Shown here piece by piece: positions 62,264 through 64,000 of a DNA stretch of 64,000 nucleotides. The notes beneath the pieces are model-generated. The model saw only the letters and a program-made list of their open reading frames with translations, was not told the DNA's origin and ran no database searches. How positions within the stretch are numbered: position 1 is the first letter of the stretch; every line of letters starts with the position of its first letter. Location: NCBI GenBank assembly GCA_043228905.1, contig JBHGNT010000009.1, forward strand, positions 9,548,001 to 9,612,000, written 5' to 3'. The stretch comes from Azolla caroliniana (Eukaryota; Plantae; Polypodiophyta). Both the position numbers and the translations under genes were made by a program.

Positions 62264-64000
62264 GGACACGTGATCTATGAGACTAACCCACGCCTTTTAC
62301 GACTATGCTTTTGGAACTGCAATGGATACCCATGGAATGCGGGATTTGGCATAGAGGAGTTCACCAATGACTCGGATATCACACTTCTTGTTGAAACATG
62401 GGAGCATGATACTCAAAGGATTCAAGGTTTAGGAAACTATAATGTACACTCTTTGATATGGAAGAAAAATCCAAGACAAAGAAGAGGACAAGGAGGGGTG
62501 GCATGTTTGATTAAGAAGGAAATAGAGAAATATGTGTCAATCATAAAAAATGATGAAAATAAATGCTACATATGGCTCAAAATAGAAACACCTAATGATT
62601 TGCCCACTTTTGTTGTTGGATGTTACATTCCTCATCAAGATTCTAACTTTTATGCGTGTTTGGATAAAGATCAACCGTTTGCCAATCTAGAAGATGATAT
62701 TGCTTATTTCAAATCCAAAGGGGAAGTTATTGTCTTTGGTGACATGAATGCTCGTACAAGAAGTTTCCAACTTGATTCACAAGAATCTTTCATGCCACAT
62801 ATCTCAAGGATGCAAGAGGATATGCAAATGTATAACCGCTCTTCTAGCGATGAAAAAGATCCGGACCAATTTGGGAAGTTACTCCTACAAATGTGCAATA
62901 GTACCGGATTGCTTATTGCAAATGGTATTTCCTTATGGCCCAACACTAATGGTTTTACATGTAGAAAATACAACGGAAATAGTGTGATTGATTATGTGCT
63001 ACTTTCCGAAGGTATTTTGGATCGTATACATAAATTCTCACTTGGTGAATGGACACCGGAATCAGATCATAGGCCTTTATGTATTGATCTCAAATGTATG
63101 CATAGGTTTGATTGTGAGAAGGCTATTGAAGATAATAAACAACCGCACTTGAGCATGAACCTTAAGCGAGCACCCATGTATTCCAAGATGGTTGAGGATA
63201 TGTTACAAATGACAAAGATACAACATGGTGCCACACTAGAATGCAAATGGGAAGTCATTCTCTCATGTACAAACAAATGTTTTTTGACCAACCGCACATC
63301 TTGGAAATGCACCAAGAAACTTAGGAAAAAATGGTTTGATAAAGAATGTCGTGAAGCTCGAAAGTGCCTTATGGTTTTGGATGTAGTTAAGGATAAAGAG
63401 AATTACCAAAAGCATTTGCATGAGTATAAAAGGCTTATTCAAAGAAAGAGAAGAATATGGGAAGTTACTCAACAATTTATCCAAACGCAAGAGAAAGCAC
63501 ATGCATGTGCTAAATTTTGGGGAAATCTAAAGGGAAAACGTGTTGAGAGTTATGGTGACTTAACTCTTCACGACTTGTCTATGCATTGTAAGAATTTATA
63601 TGAGTTATCTCTTGCCGGAAAGATGATGTGTTATGGTTCTCTTTCACATATGCCTTCCTTCTTTACAATTGAAGATATATGCATAGGACTTAAGAAATTG
63701 GCCTCTCGAAAGGCAAGCGATCTTCAATGTATAAAGGCTGAAATGCTCAAATGGACGGGAAAGGAAGCACATATATGGATAAGAGATATGTTTAATGATG
63801 CATTGCAACATGGTATGCCGTACGATTGGACTACAAATTGGATCAAACCTTTACATAAAGGTGGAGATATAAATAATGTAAACAACTATCGAACCATCAT
63901 GGTTGGCTCATTAATGGCAAAACTATTTGGATGTATAATGGAATCAAAGATAAGTGTATGGGTTGAAAAAAGTGGTAAGAGAGCTTATGGACAAGCTGGC
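62264..64000 (+). CDS. LINE ORF2 (APE endonuclease plus start of reverse transcriptase), partial
   Basis: Open to the window end: WNCNG, ETW, GGVA, GDMNAR, SVIDY, SDHRP, WFDKEC, PLHKGG, NYRTI, QAG. Confidence 0.9.

Larger units (their letters stand above)
61096..64000 (+). mobile_element. Apparently intact LINE (RTEX/CR1-like) starting at a (CT)n tract; runs off the window
   Basis: Uninterrupted ORF1 and ORF2; truncates the Gypsy gag. Confidence 0.9.

Overview
Repeat-rich nuclear DNA from a non-seed land plant, most likely a fern. This is inferred from the Tcn1-like chromovirus, the RTEX/CR1-type LINEs and the TE-filled introns. One host gene is present: a 24-exon, ~37-kb minus-strand GEX2-like gene (gamete-expressed 2, filamin-repeat type I membrane protein; CDS 45708->8719, 2211 aa by manual splicing). 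It has a signal peptide, a Cys-rich N-terminal domain, 15 filamin/Ig repeats each on its own phase-1 exon, the GEX2 C-terminal region, one TM helix and a short tail. Its introns hold two inverted copies of one Copia family, more than 12 pieces of one LINE family and a mitochondrial 18S rRNA fragment. Both flanks (1-7.3 kb, 47.9-64 kb) are nested retroelements. The most unusual signals are: (i) three diverged Athila/Tat-like Gypsy elements with a conserved extra ORF and, where the polypurine tract should be, an inverted tRNA primer-binding-site-like motif abutting the 3' LTR; (ii) an intact-looking LINE whose ORF2 is in frame with ORF1 behind a single UAG, with no AUG for ~160 codons; (iii) a self-priming chromovirus; (iv) a non-autonomous LTR element whose 3' end is a snap-back hairpin. 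All coordinates were read by eye and no database searches were run.
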